Positions 26,050 to 35,009 of a stretch of DNA of 64,000 bases are shown piece after piece. The DNA comes from a virus. Where the stretch lies: the IMG/VR virus record IMGVR_UViG_3300037518_000459. The stretch is one strand, 5' to 3'. The position numbers and the translations under genes are program-made. The notes beneath the pieces were generated by a model that had not been told where the DNA came from, ran no database searches, and worked only from the letters and a program-made list of their open reading frames with translations. Each line of letters begins with the position of its first letter. The stretch's first letter is position 1.

Positions 26050-27236
26050 AGCACCACCGTCACCTTCTCCGCGGCGCGGGTGATTGCGGTGTACGTCCAG
26101 CGCCGCGGGTCGCCGGACCGGAACCGTCTGGATTCGTCGTACACGAACACGTTGGGCCACTGCGAGCCCTGCGCCTTGTGGCACGTCAGGGCGTAACCGT
26201 AGTCGAACTCCTGGGCGTTGCACCGCTCCCAGTAGCTGTCGGGGATGGGGCTCTTCTCGTCGAAGGTGCCGGCCCACGCCTCGACCGTCATCTCCACGCC
26301 CGCGTCGTCGGTGATGGAGAGGCCGACCGTCTCCCCGTCGGCGGCCGACGCCAGCACCCGCCACAGGCTCCCGTTGAGGAGTCCCGTGTCCCGGTCGTTG
26401 CGGAGGCACACGAGCTTGTCGCCCTCCTCGGGATACGGCGACCTGCACCCGGCACCCTCCCGCACCCAGTTGTTGATCGCGCGGCGCGTCTTGTTCAGGC
26501 CGCACAGCATCTGGTCCGCGCCCGCGGCCTGCGCCAGCGTCTCGCCCTCGTCCGCCTTCGTGATGACGCGGCTCTCGCCGTACGCTCCCGGGTGCAGGCC
26601 GCGCCCCTGGCGCACGTCAGTCGCGAGGCGGATGATGGGGTTGTCGGCGGCCTGCCGGTGGATCTCGGTCAACATGACGTCCGGCTTCCGTTCGGTGAAG
26701 TAGCCGCCGCCGGCCACGGGCGGCAGCTGGGCCGGGTCCCCCAGGACGAGGATCGGCGTTCCGAAGCTCTCCAGGTCTGCGCCGATGCGCGCGTCCAGCA
26801 TGGACACCTCGTCGATCACGACAAGGTCCGCGTCGCGGACGGGGCTCTCCTCCCGCAGAGCGAACGACGGCCGCTGCAGGTTGGCACGCTCCCACTCGAT
26901 CGCGTGGAGGAGCTTCGCCCGGGTGTTGGGATCGCGCTCGGTCTTCACCGCCTGCTCCAGCTGCTCCAGCCGCGCGCGGCTCTTGCCCTTGGGCAGGTAG
27001 ATCAGGGAGTGAATCGTGCTGGCGCCCGGGCACCCCTTCTGCGCGAGCACCAGGGCCGCCTTGCCGGTGAACGCCGCGAAGAGGGCGTTGGGCGTGCAGA
27101 GGTTCAAGACCTCCTTCGCCAGCGTCGTCTTCCCGGTGCCCGCGTAGCCGGCGAGGTAGAACGGCTGCTGCCCGCCGCCGTCGAACCACGCCTTGATCGC
27201 CGCGAGCGCCGCGTCCTGCTGCGGGGACCAGTTCAC
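26046..27236 (-). CDS. SF1 helicase, Dda/RecD-like, 396 aa, GTG start
   Basis: Walker A GYAGTGKTT and Walker B VVIDEVSM, plus a RecD/Dda-type C-terminal region; SD GGGAGGAG. Confidence 0.8.
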   Translation of the reverse strand: MNWSPQQDAALAAIKAWFDGGGQQPFYLAGYAGTGKTTLAKEVLNLCTPNALFAAFTGKAALVLAQKGCPGASTIHSLIYLPKGKSRARLEQLEQAVKTERDPNTRAKLLHAIEWERANLQRPSFALREESPVRDADLVVIDEVSMLDARIGADLESFGTPILVLGDPAQLPPVAGGGYFTERKPDVMLTEIHRQAADNPIIRLATDVRQGRGLHPGAYGESRVITKADEGETLAQAAGADQMLCGLNKTRRAINNWVREGAGCRSPYPEEGDKLVCLRNDRDTGLLNGSLWRVLASAADGETVGLSITDDAGVEMTVEAWAGTFDEKSPIPDSYWERCNAQEFDYGYALTCHKAQGSQWPNVFVYDESRRFRSGDPRRWTYTAITRAAEKVTVVL

Positions 27237-27703
27237 GTGGATCTCCTCCCGTCGATTGCCTCGATCCACGCGACGGCCACGGCCGCCACCTGCACCAGCT
27301 CCGCGCGCAGATCCCGATCGTCCTTGGCCTCGAATGCCTCGGCGACTTCCTCCAGCAGGACCGCGGCCCACGTGAGGTCGCCGGCCTCCGCGCAGAGCGC
27401 GACCAAGTTCTTGATCCACGTCGCGCCCGGTACGACCGTGCGCGCGTCGAACTGCCGGCTGGAGAAGTCTTCGTAGTTCTGGGGTCCCCACTTCTTGTCC
27501 TGCCGATTGCGCTCACGACGGACATCCATGAGCACGTAGCCCGGTCCGTCGACGGCCTCTCCGTTGAGGATGGCGTTGACCATGCTCCACAGCTTGTTGT
27601 ACACCTGTCCCGGTCGTTTGCCGGTGCGAGCCTCGACTGAGTCGAGCACGTCCTGCACAATGGTGTTCGTCTCGGCAGACATGGGAATCTTGCTCGTGTC
27701 CAA
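27233..27703 (-). CDS. Hypothetical protein, 156 aa, TTG start
   Basis: ORF track, SD AAGGAG. Confidence 0.5.
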   Translation of the reverse strand: MDTSKIPMSAETNTIVQDVLDSVEARTGKRPGQVYNKLWSMVNAILNGEAVDGPGYVLMDVRRERNRQDKKWGPQNYEDFSSRQFDARTVVPGATWIKNLVALCAEAGDLTWAAVLLEEVAEAFEAKDDRDLRAELVQVAAVAVAWIEAIDGRRST

Positions 27704-27839
27704 CGTCGTTCTCCTTAGGGGGCTGGTGGACCGGGGGCCATCGAAGATGAACCCCCGGCCCTTTGGAAGGTAGGTGCTGGCGTCCAGGATCTAGTCTCCG
27801 TCGGGCCGCTGCAGCACCCCCTTGCCCTTCCCGCTGCGA

Positions 27840-28709
27840 CTACTTCTCGAAGACGGACTTTCCGGTGGGAGCCTCGTCGTCGTCGTTCTCGTGCTCGCCG
27901 ATCTCGCGCTCGCCGGCACTGAACTCGGCCAGGATCTTGCGGCCCATCTTGTAGGCCGGGTGCTCCTGGTCGGTGATCAGGGAGGCGACCACGTTGGGGT
28001 TCCCGTCCTCGTCGGTCACGGCCGGCGTCAGGACGTAGTTCCAGAAGTCGCCCTTGGCGCTCGACTCGAAGCGCGACGTCAGGCGGATCTGGTGCGCGAA
28101 CAGCGGCGCCGCCTCGGACAGCGGCATCTCGGCCCCGGCCACCGACACCAGCGTCGACTCGACCAGGGTCGCCCACTCGGACCACGGCCCGAGCTGCTTG
28201 CTCTTGAACGGGAACACGACGACGTCGATCACGCTGCCGCCCGGCTTGTCCAGCACGAGCGCCGGCACGTAGTTCGTCTCGATGATCTCGTTCTCGGGTT
28301 CCGACGGGTCGAGGATCTTGCCGAAGACCTTCTTGCCGCCCGTGAGCTTCAGGATCGTCGGATCCGTCGGGGCGAAGCGCCCGCGGAAGCCGCCGCCGTT
28401 GTCCCGGTTGCGGTACTTCACGAACCACTTCTGCCGCTCGATCGGCACGATGGTGATCCCGTCTCCCTCGCGCAGCTCGTACACGCGCCGCGTGCCCTTG
28501 TTCAGGGCCATGCCGGGCTCGGCGCCGGCGATGTACTTCTGGTGACCCTTCTGGACCTGCGGGCTGTTCGTCGCGAGGAGCCCCATGATCGGGATGACGC
28601 GGTCCTCGCCGAGGCCCTTGGTCCCGGCGCCGGCGTCCGTTCCGAAATTGACACCGAGCGCGACGGCGGTGGTCCCCTTCGTCGCGACGGCCTTTCCGTT
28701 CTTCGCCAT
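27840..28709 (-). CDS. Hypothetical protein, 289 aa
   Basis: ORF track; possibly a recombination or annealing partner of the adjacent coiled-coil protein, but this is speculative. Confidence 0.55.
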   Translation of the reverse strand: MAKNGKAVATKGTTAVALGVNFGTDAGAGTKGLGEDRVIPIMGLLATNSPQVQKGHQKYIAGAEPGMALNKGTRRVYELREGDGITIVPIERQKWFVKYRNRDNGGGFRGRFAPTDPTILKLTGGKKVFGKILDPSEPENEIIETNYVPALVLDKPGGSVIDVVVFPFKSKQLGPWSEWATLVESTLVSVAGAEMPLSEAAPLFAHQIRLTSRFESSAKGDFWNYVLTPAVTDEDGNPNVVASLITDQEHPAYKMGRKILAEFSAGEREIGEHENDDDEAPTGKSVFEK

Positions 28710-28762
28710 TCGATTCTTCCTTCTCCAGCGGGATGGTTGATGTAGCCCCGCGCGGGGTCCCG

Positions 28763-29323
28763 CTAACCCTTGCGCGTGACCTTCAATTGCCGGCGCCAGT
28801 AGGCCCCGAACGTTTCCTTCAGCTCCGGGATCTGGACTCCCCGCTTGAGCAGCTGCTTCAGGATCGACTTGAGGGTGGAAGAGTGGATCATCTCGTCGCG
28901 AGAGACCAGGAGTCCCCGTGCGCGCAGCTCCGTCACCAGCTCGTCGGCCTTGGCGTCCTCCTGCAGGGAAAACTCGACCATCACGACGTTCCGGATGGAG
29001 CCGCCCTGCTTCAACTGCCGCATGATCTGGAGGGCGCGCGCCTTGTTGGCGGGATCGTTCCCCAGGCTGTGCTTCAGCTCTTCCTTGACCTGGACCCGAA
29101 GACCGCCGGCCGTCGTGAAGTCCTTGGTCCGCAGCTCGTCCATCAGCTCCGGACCGCGCTGCTCCTGGACCTCCGCCAGCTCCGCCTTGGCTGTCTTCAG
29201 CTCCTCCTCGATCTGCAGCACACGCTCCTCGCGGGCCTGCATCTCGGTGATCAGCTCGGACAGCTCCCCGAGGCGGGACGTGTCGACGCGGGGGGCGTCG
29301 GCACCGAAGTCGAACTCCTTCAC
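28763..29323 (-). CDS. Coiled-coil hypothetical protein, 186 aa, GTG start
   Basis: SD AGGAGG; the upstream ATG-initiated stretch has low GC3. Confidence 0.5.
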   Translation of the reverse strand: MKEFDFGADAPRVDTSRLGELSELITEMQAREERVLQIEEELKTAKAELAEVQEQRGPELMDELRTKDFTTAGGLRVQVKEELKHSLGNDPANKARALQIMRQLKQGGSIRNVVMVEFSLQEDAKADELVTELRARGLLVSRDEMIHSSTLKSILKQLLKRGVQIPELKETFGAYWRRQLKVTRKG

Positions 29324-29513
29324 GTGGACCTCCTGGTTCGCGTGTGAATACAACCCTATCACGGTCGCGAGGGGGTTGTCAACTCCACCACCGGTTGCCC
29401 TCTGTACCTACCTACCTCCCCGGGCATCGGCTGAGGGAGCCCGCACGGGATCCCCACCAGCTCGGGCGGGAAGTAATTGCGCAGGGGCAGAAAGTCGATC
29501 TGCTCTTCAACGT

Positions 29514-31010
29514 TCATCGGAGCCACTCCCGGAGCTGGTCCCCGGTGATCTGGGAAGCGACGTTCATCTTGGTCCGCAGGGCTCGGACGATGTGCCGGTC
29601 CACGGTCCCGGGGGCGACGATGTCGATGTACTGGACGGGGTGCTCCTGCCCGATTCGGTGAGCCCGGTCCTCGGACTGCAGGCGATTCTCCAGGTTGAAG
29701 TCGTTGGAGTAGTAGATCACCGTGGTGGCCGCGGTCAGGGTCAGCCCCGTTCCGCCTGCCGCGGGGTTCGCCACGAAGAACCGCGCGTCGCCCTCCTGGA
29801 AATGCCGGATCGCCTCGGCCCGGGCATCGGATTCCACCTTGCCGTCGTACCGCACGGCCCGCTCCCCGGACTGCGTCAGGGCGTCCATGATGATGTCGAT
29901 GTCCCGCCGGAACCGGGCCCAGATGATACCCTTGCGCTGCGCCGGCATCTCCTCGATGACCTCCATCAGAGCCCCGAGCCGCGGGTTCCCCTCCTTCAGG
30001 TCGCACGGTGACGTGCCCCACGGCCCGCGGCCGGCGGGCTCCGGATCCTGGAAGTCGTCCGAGGGCAGGTACCCGCACAGGATCTGCTGAAGCCGCAGGA
30101 GGCGCGTGATCGCCATGTCCGCGGTGACCGGCTCCCCGGAGTCGAGCCACACGATGTACTCATCGCGCAGCTGCTCGTAGATCCGGGCCTGCTCGGGGGT
30201 GGGCTCGAAGAGCCGCTCGCCGTAGAGCTTCGGCGGCAGGTTCAGCACGTCGTCCTTCGTCACGCGGGTACTGATCCCCTTCAGCATCTCCTGCAGCTGG
30301 TCCAGGCGCCGGTACGCCACCACGTGGTCGTACATGCGCCGCTGCTGGTGGTTCTCGCGGCTCTCGATGACGGCGAAGTACGACTTGAACGTCGCGAACG
30401 TGTCCAGGTGCCGCTCCCGCCAGAAGCTAGGCTCCAGGAAGCGAATCTGCGAGTAGACATCGAAGGGCCCGTTGGTCACGGGCGTCCCGGTCAGGATCCG
30501 GCGGAACGGGGCGTACTTCCCGAGCGTCAGGATGCGCTTCGTGCGCGCGGCGCCCGGGGTCTTGATGCGAGTCGACTCGTCGAGCACCAGGAGCCCCGTG
30601 CGCTTGATCAGGAAGTCCATCGCCGCCTTGTTGCCCCGCGGCGTGATCACCGCATCGTAGGACATCGTCAGGACGGCCAAGCCTTCGTGCAGCACCAGCT
30701 CCCGGAACGCTTCGGCGTGCCGCTTCGTACCAGCGCGCTTCGACTCCCAGAAGAGAGCGCGCACCGGGATCCTGTCCGGGAGGTGCGCGGGCAGCTCGTT
30801 GTCGATCCAGTTGCGGTGGACGCCGTTGGGCGCAACCACGAGCAGCGCGTCGACCTTGTCCTCGGCGTGGAGCATGGCCGCCGTGTCGATCACGAGCTTC
30901 GACTTCCCGGTGCCCATCTCCCAGAAGAGCGCGCGGACATCGTCCCCCCAATGTGCCTCCAGCTCCTCGCGCTGGTGGTCGAAGGGCCGCGTCTTGGGAA
31001 CGTAGTTCAA
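29514..31010 (-). CDS. SNF2-family helicase/ATPase, 498 aa, TTG start
   Basis: Motif I GTGKS and motif II LVLDESTRIK in the SNF2_N part, plus a helicase-C region; TTGA coupling. Confidence 0.85.
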   Translation of the reverse strand: MNYVPKTRPFDHQREELEAHWGDDVRALFWEMGTGKSKLVIDTAAMLHAEDKVDALLVVAPNGVHRNWIDNELPAHLPDRIPVRALFWESKRAGTKRHAEAFRELVLHEGLAVLTMSYDAVITPRGNKAAMDFLIKRTGLLVLDESTRIKTPGAARTKRILTLGKYAPFRRILTGTPVTNGPFDVYSQIRFLEPSFWRERHLDTFATFKSYFAVIESRENHQQRRMYDHVVAYRRLDQLQEMLKGISTRVTKDDVLNLPPKLYGERLFEPTPEQARIYEQLRDEYIVWLDSGEPVTADMAITRLLRLQQILCGYLPSDDFQDPEPAGRGPWGTSPCDLKEGNPRLGALMEVIEEMPAQRKGIIWARFRRDIDIIMDALTQSGERAVRYDGKVESDARAEAIRHFQEGDARFFVANPAAGGTGLTLTAATTVIYYSNDFNLENRLQSEDRAHRIGQEHPVQYIDIVAPGTVDRHIVRALRTKMNVASQITGDQLREWLR

Positions 31011-31474
31011 CTCCGGACCCCCATGCGGTTCTTCTTCGTCTCGGTGGCGCGGCGCAGCGCGACGAGTGCCTCGGAAATCTGGTCAATCGGTTGCTCCACG
31101 CACACGCTGTGCACGGTTCCGTCACCCTCGATGTCGCTCCTACTGCGGTCCGTCCACTCGGCGAAGACGACGTGCAGCAACTCGTGCACCAAGGTCGTCT
31201 CCATGTCGTACCACAACCGAGGTTCCTCGGTTCGATGGTCCCGGGGATCCAAGAGGTGAACGGTAGCAGCGCGCCGAGAAGCCAGCCACGTAGCGGCGCC
31301 CTGGATGTGGTCCTGCGGAAGATCGGGGGCCCTGGTGATCTTCAGGTTGATCTTCCATGCCTGGAGCCCAAGGCGCGGGACCCAGTAGTCCAGGAGCTGC
31401 TCCAGCTCCTCACCGGTGAGGTAGACGTTGATCGGATCGTGCTCGGGCGGGTCGAAGTGCTGGATCAGAGCCAA
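31007..31474 (-). CDS. HExxH motif (putative zinc metallopeptidase-like) protein, 155 aa, TTG start
   Basis: LVHELLHVVF; SD AGGAGG. Confidence 0.5.
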   Translation of the reverse strand: MALIQHFDPPEHDPINVYLTGEELEQLLDYWVPRLGLQAWKINLKITRAPDLPQDHIQGAATWLASRRAATVHLLDPRDHRTEEPRLWYDMETTLVHELLHVVFAEWTDRSRSDIEGDGTVHSVCVEQPIDQISEALVALRRATETKKNRMGVRS

Positions 31475-31566
31475 CCGGGTCCTCCTGGACTAGGGTTGCC
31501 TGCGCCGGGCGGGGGCGGGGCGGATGCCCCCGAACCCGGCTGGAGAGCCGAGTCTAGCACCGCCCC

Positions 31567-31607
31567 TGCGCGGAATGCAACCCCCTAGTTCGCATTTTGC
31601 GCGCGTC
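31567..31607. promoter_or_regulatory. Dyad upstream element GCGCGGAATGC-N11-GCATTTTGCGCGC
   Basis: Lies 50-90 bp upstream of the 31655 promoter and shares CGCATTTTGCG (reverse complement of CGCAAAATGCG at 2283) and GGAATGC cores. Confidence 0.45.
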
Positions 31608-31654
31608 GGTGTTCCGGAGCCCAGGTAGATGCCAAGATTGGCAATGGTTCTCGT

Positions 31655-31676
31655 TGGCACGGGTCGTGCTATACTC
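31655..31676 (+). promoter_or_regulatory. sigma54-type -24/-12 promoter-like element TTGGCACGGGTCGTGCTATACT, rightward, preceded by GATTGGCA
   Basis: TGGCACG-N4-GTGC with GG/GC spacing of 12; it lies ~27 nt upstream of the GAAGGAGG-GTG start of the plus-strand cassette. Confidence 0.5.
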
Positions 31677-31702
31677 CTGGCCAGCCCCGAAGGAGGTTCA
31701 CC

Positions 31703-31972
31703 GTGAACAGATTCTGGAAGGTGTACCAGACCAAGCTGACCCAGGCCGTGCGGCGCGACCCGGAGTCCTACGCGCTGACGCGTGACGAGACCCCGGAAGC
31801 GTACGCGGAGAAGGTGGCCCTGTCCTTCTCGGACAGGACGTCGATCGGGAGCCCGCGAGCCGTGCGGGCCATCAACATCCACGGGAGCGCGGCGTTCCGG
31901 GCCACGGCGCGGCACTTCGGGGTTCCGTGCTCCTACGACTCGCTGGGCCCCCTGGCCGCGGAAGGGAGCTGA
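31703..31972 (+). CDS. Hypothetical protein, 89 aa, GTG start; first gene of the plus-strand cassette
   Basis: Strong SD GAAGGAGG 6 nt upstream. Confidence 0.6.
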   Translation: MNRFWKVYQTKLTQAVRRDPESYALTRDETPEAYAEKVALSFSDRTSIGSPRAVRAINIHGSAAFRATARHFGVPCSYDSLGPLAAEGS

Positions 31973-31975
31973 AAC

Positions 31976-32137
31976 ATGGACAAGGAGTGCATTGCCTGCG
32001 CGGATCCCTCGAACCAACTGAAGCACGGGCTGTGCCCCCGATGCCGAGCCATCCAGCGTACCGCCGCGGACCGCCGCCGGCGCCGTGACAGTCGCCGTAC
32101 CGGACACCGGTTCAAGCGCCGGGAGGGGATCCGATGA
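31976..32137 (+). CDS. Small zinc-ribbon basic protein, 53 aa (CIAC...CPRC)
   Basis: Not in the track because it is under 60 aa; SD GGGAG, tightly packed between the flanking genes. Confidence 0.45.
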   Translation: MDKECIACADPSNQLKHGLCPRCRAIQRTAADRRRRRDSRRTGHRFKRREGIR

Positions 32138-32730
32138 CACGGGGGCGAATGGATTCGACGGACCCGCAGCGGGTGGTGCCGCGTAGGGATCCCGGACGCC
32201 GGTTCGATTCCGGCCGCCTCCACCAGCCTTCGCACGACCCCGGCGCCGGCTTCCGGCAAACCTTCTGCGGTCCCGCGGCGTTGTCCGCTCTGACCGGCAT
32301 ACCCGCGGAGACCGTGGCGCGACGCATCGAGCACCTCACCGGCCCGGCTGAACACTTGGCCGGCATGCACCACTGGGAGATGACCGCGGCCCTCAAGCAC
32401 TTTGGATTGTCGCACAAGAGCATCGCCTACGGTCGCTTGGAGGATCGCCCAAAGCGGCGGCGCGGCTGGTGGGCCCAGCTAGTCACGCGGGATTGCCTGA
32501 AGGGACAGTCCGAGGTGGCTTGGGTCGGGCGTCCGACGTTGGCTCGCTGGGCCCTTGAACGCGACGCCGAGACCTACAACAGCCCCTGCGTCCTGGTCAT
32601 CAGCAATCACTTCGTGGTCGTCCAGGGTGGCGACATCGCGGACAGCGTCCACGGGCTGATGCCCTTGGACGAAAGTCCCTACCGCCGTCGGCGCGTCCAT
32701 CGCGCCACCGTCATCGGGCGCTCGGATTGA
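32134..32730 (+). CDS. Peptidase C39-like (papain-fold) domain protein, 198 aa
   Basis: The QTFCGPAALSAL and SNHFVVV (Cys...His) arrangement is typical of C39-like domains; ATGA overlap; SD GGGAGGGG. Confidence 0.5.
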   Translation: MTRGRMDSTDPQRVVPRRDPGRRFDSGRLHQPSHDPGAGFRQTFCGPAALSALTGIPAETVARRIEHLTGPAEHLAGMHHWEMTAALKHFGLSHKSIAYGRLEDRPKRRRGWWAQLVTRDCLKGQSEVAWVGRPTLARWALERDAETYNSPCVLVISNHFVVVQGGDIADSVHGLMPLDESPYRRRRVHRATVIGRSD

Positions 32731-32862
32731 CGTGGATAGGCCCAGGGGGCAAGCCGAGCGCCAGGTCGCCCTGGAACCACGCCGGGGCGATGCCCTTCGT
32801 GTCGTCCACGAACTTGCCGGCCTGGACGCCGTGCGCGAACAGCTCGGGCGTGACGAGGTAGA

Positions 32863-33348
32863 TCACGCTTGCCATTTCCCACCAGCTGGGTCAATGCCAT
32901 CAAGGCTCGTAACGTAATCTGCGATACGGCGCAGCTCTTCCGGAGTCGCATCGCATTTGATACGGTTCGCACGCCACGAGATGACGGCAACATTTCCAGG
33001 GACGTAGCCGCACGAGTTGTTAATGCGATCGAGCGTCGGAGCGTTGTCGTTCATTCGATGACGTGATGCTTGCAGCTCCAGACCGAGAACTGGACAATGC
33101 GTCGGGATGACAATGTCAGACTCAGTGATTGTGCAGGGGATACCACTCTTCCGAGCCCGTGAGAGGGCGCTCAAAAGAAGCCGCTTCTCGGGCTTTGCTT
33201 TTCGGTAGCGCGCCATATATTCTCGCGCCCGTTTGCGTTCGGGATCTGCACGTTCGCGCGACTCCCGATTAACCGCGATCTTGCATGATCTGCAGACAGC
33301 ATCCCGACCATAACCACTACGATCCTCGCCGCATCGCGTGCAGATCAT
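32863..33348 (-). CDS. HNH homing-type endonuclease, 161 aa
   Basis: An N-terminal zinc-ribbon-like Cys pair (MICTRCGE...CRSC), a second Cys pair (CPVLG, CGYVPGN) and a DRINNSCGY...N HNH-like core. Local GC is about 55%, against about 68% for the window. Confidence 0.65.
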   Translation of the reverse strand: MICTRCGEDRSGYGRDAVCRSCKIAVNRESRERADPERKRAREYMARYRKAKPEKRLLLSALSRARKSGIPCTITESDIVIPTHCPVLGLELQASRHRMNDNAPTLDRINNSCGYVPGNVAVISWRANRIKCDATPEELRRIADYVTSLDGIDPAGGKWQA

Positions 33349-35009
33349 GCGCGCCACTTCCCAGAATACATTGTGACGATCGCCCGCTTTCCGTTCGGGT
33401 ACGTGATCACGTGTGAATGGGACCAGCTGCCCGGCCCGGCGGTGTAGCCCAAGCGCAGCTTGGAGCTGGTGCCGGCGACGTACAGGCCCTCGAAGATCGC
33501 GGCACTGTGCGTGTGCCCCGTGTTGGCGCGACGCCCCATGCGCGCGAGGGCCTGCGGGGAACCCTTCCCGCCGTTCGGGCCCAGGTGCCCGTGCATCCCA
33601 CACTCGATGTCCCCACAGATGACGTGGGACTCGTCCTCTCGCAGGAACCGAACGCGCTCCGGCGCACCATAGCGGCGCAGCGCCCACTCCAGGAGATGGA
33701 ACCGATCGTCGCGGGCGGCCAGCGCCTCGTACTGCGCGAGCTGGGCCCGCAGGAAGAACACCGCGTTCAACGGGTCCTCGCGGTAATCGCTTTCGCGCAG
33801 CCAGCGGCTCATCGCTTGGTCGTGGTTCGAGTCGACGACCACGGTACGACACCACGGACGGTCGATCTCCATCAGGACGCGGGCCGCCTCCTCCACCTCG
33901 TCCTCAACGCGGTCCTTGCCCTCGACGTGCCGGCGGAACATCCGGTGCGGGTCCTTCCGGTCGTGGTGGTTCCGCGCGTAGAAGTCGAGCAGGTCGTGGA
34001 CGTGCTGCTCCTTGGGTCGGAGCACGTCGAGCATGTTGCCTTCTTCAGGTGGACGAGATACCTCGACCAAAAATCCCGGAGGTGTATTCGGACCCGCCCT
34101 ATGCTCGCAGTAGTTGCCCCAGCCGAGCCGTCGCACTCCGGGGTCAAGGTGCGCCGTGTGGAAGTCGCCCCAGGTAATCGCCTCCACTCGGCACCCGGTC
34201 CTGAGCTTGTCGCCGGCGACCCTCACGTCGAGGTCCTGGATGCAGCCCTCCCGATCCGCGATCAGCTGACGGCACCACCAGCGCCCCTCGTCGTCGATCT
34301 CAACGAGCAGCGCCCCGTACACGTGGTGAAACTCGGCCTTCTGCCCGGCCTTCTTCTGAATGTAGTTGCGCAGCGTCACGGTGCCCGTCGTGTAGTTCAT
34401 CTTCGCCGACTCGTTCGCCAACGACGGCACGGACTGCAGCGCGACCTTCACGTGCGGGAAGATCCCGCTCTTCCTCCTCGTGTAGTTGTCGAGGCTGGAC
34501 AGGGGATTGGCCGCGGTCGGCTGGATGTTCATCTCGCCGCACCAGACGAGGCCGGGCGCCAGCTGAACACGCTCGTCCACCACATAGGGCAGGATCTCGG
34601 GGGCGTACCACAACTCGTCCTGGTGACCGGCCGTTCCCCTCTTCACCGCGAGTTGCCCGTACGCGTTCTTGTTGTAGGCGAAGGTCGAGACCCAGATGTC
34701 GGCCCGATAGTGCCGGGCCAGGGTCTTCAGGCTTCGCCAGACCCCTTCGTGGATGAGCGTGTTGTTCTGGGCGCAGGTGAGAATGAGGCGGCGCACCGCG
34801 CCCTTGAGCGGCAGCGGCTCTTTGCGGGCCGCAGTGTCCTCGACCCGTCCGCCGGCGAGGGGCTTGATGTTCAGCTCCCCGTCCGCTTGGAGGCGGTCGC
34901 GATGGTAGCGTACCGCCTTGGGAGTGATCTCCAATTCACGGGCAGTCTTGCGCACGTTCCCGCCGTACTCGACGAGAAGCTGCGCGACCCGGTCGCGCAT
35001 GGACTGCAT
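33345..35009 (-). CDS. N-terminal HTH fused to a calcineurin-like metallophosphoesterase (SbcD/Mre11-like?) domain, 554 aa
   Basis: N-terminus VRKTARELEITPKAVRYHR is HTH-like; phosphoesterase motifs GDFHTAH, DSNHD, MHGH and GHTH; SD GGAGG. Confidence 0.55.
   Translation of the reverse strand: MQSMRDRVAQLLVEYGGNVRKTARELEITPKAVRYHRDRLQADGELNIKPLAGGRVEDTAARKEPLPLKGAVRRLILTCAQNNTLIHEGVWRSLKTLARHYRADIWVSTFAYNKNAYGQLAVKRGTAGHQDELWYAPEILPYVVDERVQLAPGLVWCGEMNIQPTAANPLSSLDNYTRRKSGIFPHVKVALQSVPSLANESAKMNYTTGTVTLRNYIQKKAGQKAEFHHVYGALLVEIDDEGRWWCRQLIADREGCIQDLDVRVAGDKLRTGCRVEAITWGDFHTAHLDPGVRRLGWGNYCEHRAGPNTPPGFLVEVSRPPEEGNMLDVLRPKEQHVHDLLDFYARNHHDRKDPHRMFRRHVEGKDRVEDEVEEAARVLMEIDRPWCRTVVVDSNHDQAMSRWLRESDYREDPLNAVFFLRAQLAQYEALAARDDRFHLLEWALRRYGAPERVRFLREDESHVICGDIECGMHGHLGPNGGKGSPQALARMGRRANTGHTHSAAIFEGLYVAGTSSKLRLGYTAGPGSWSHSHVITYPNGKRAIVTMYSGKWRA

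Noticed and set aside
32732-32917. Plus-strand 61-aa ORF starting with GTG one nt after the C39-like gene stop (TGAcGTG)
   Set aside because: No SD and GC3 decays toward the 3' end. It lies in the convergent-terminator gap, so it is kept only as a remote possibility.
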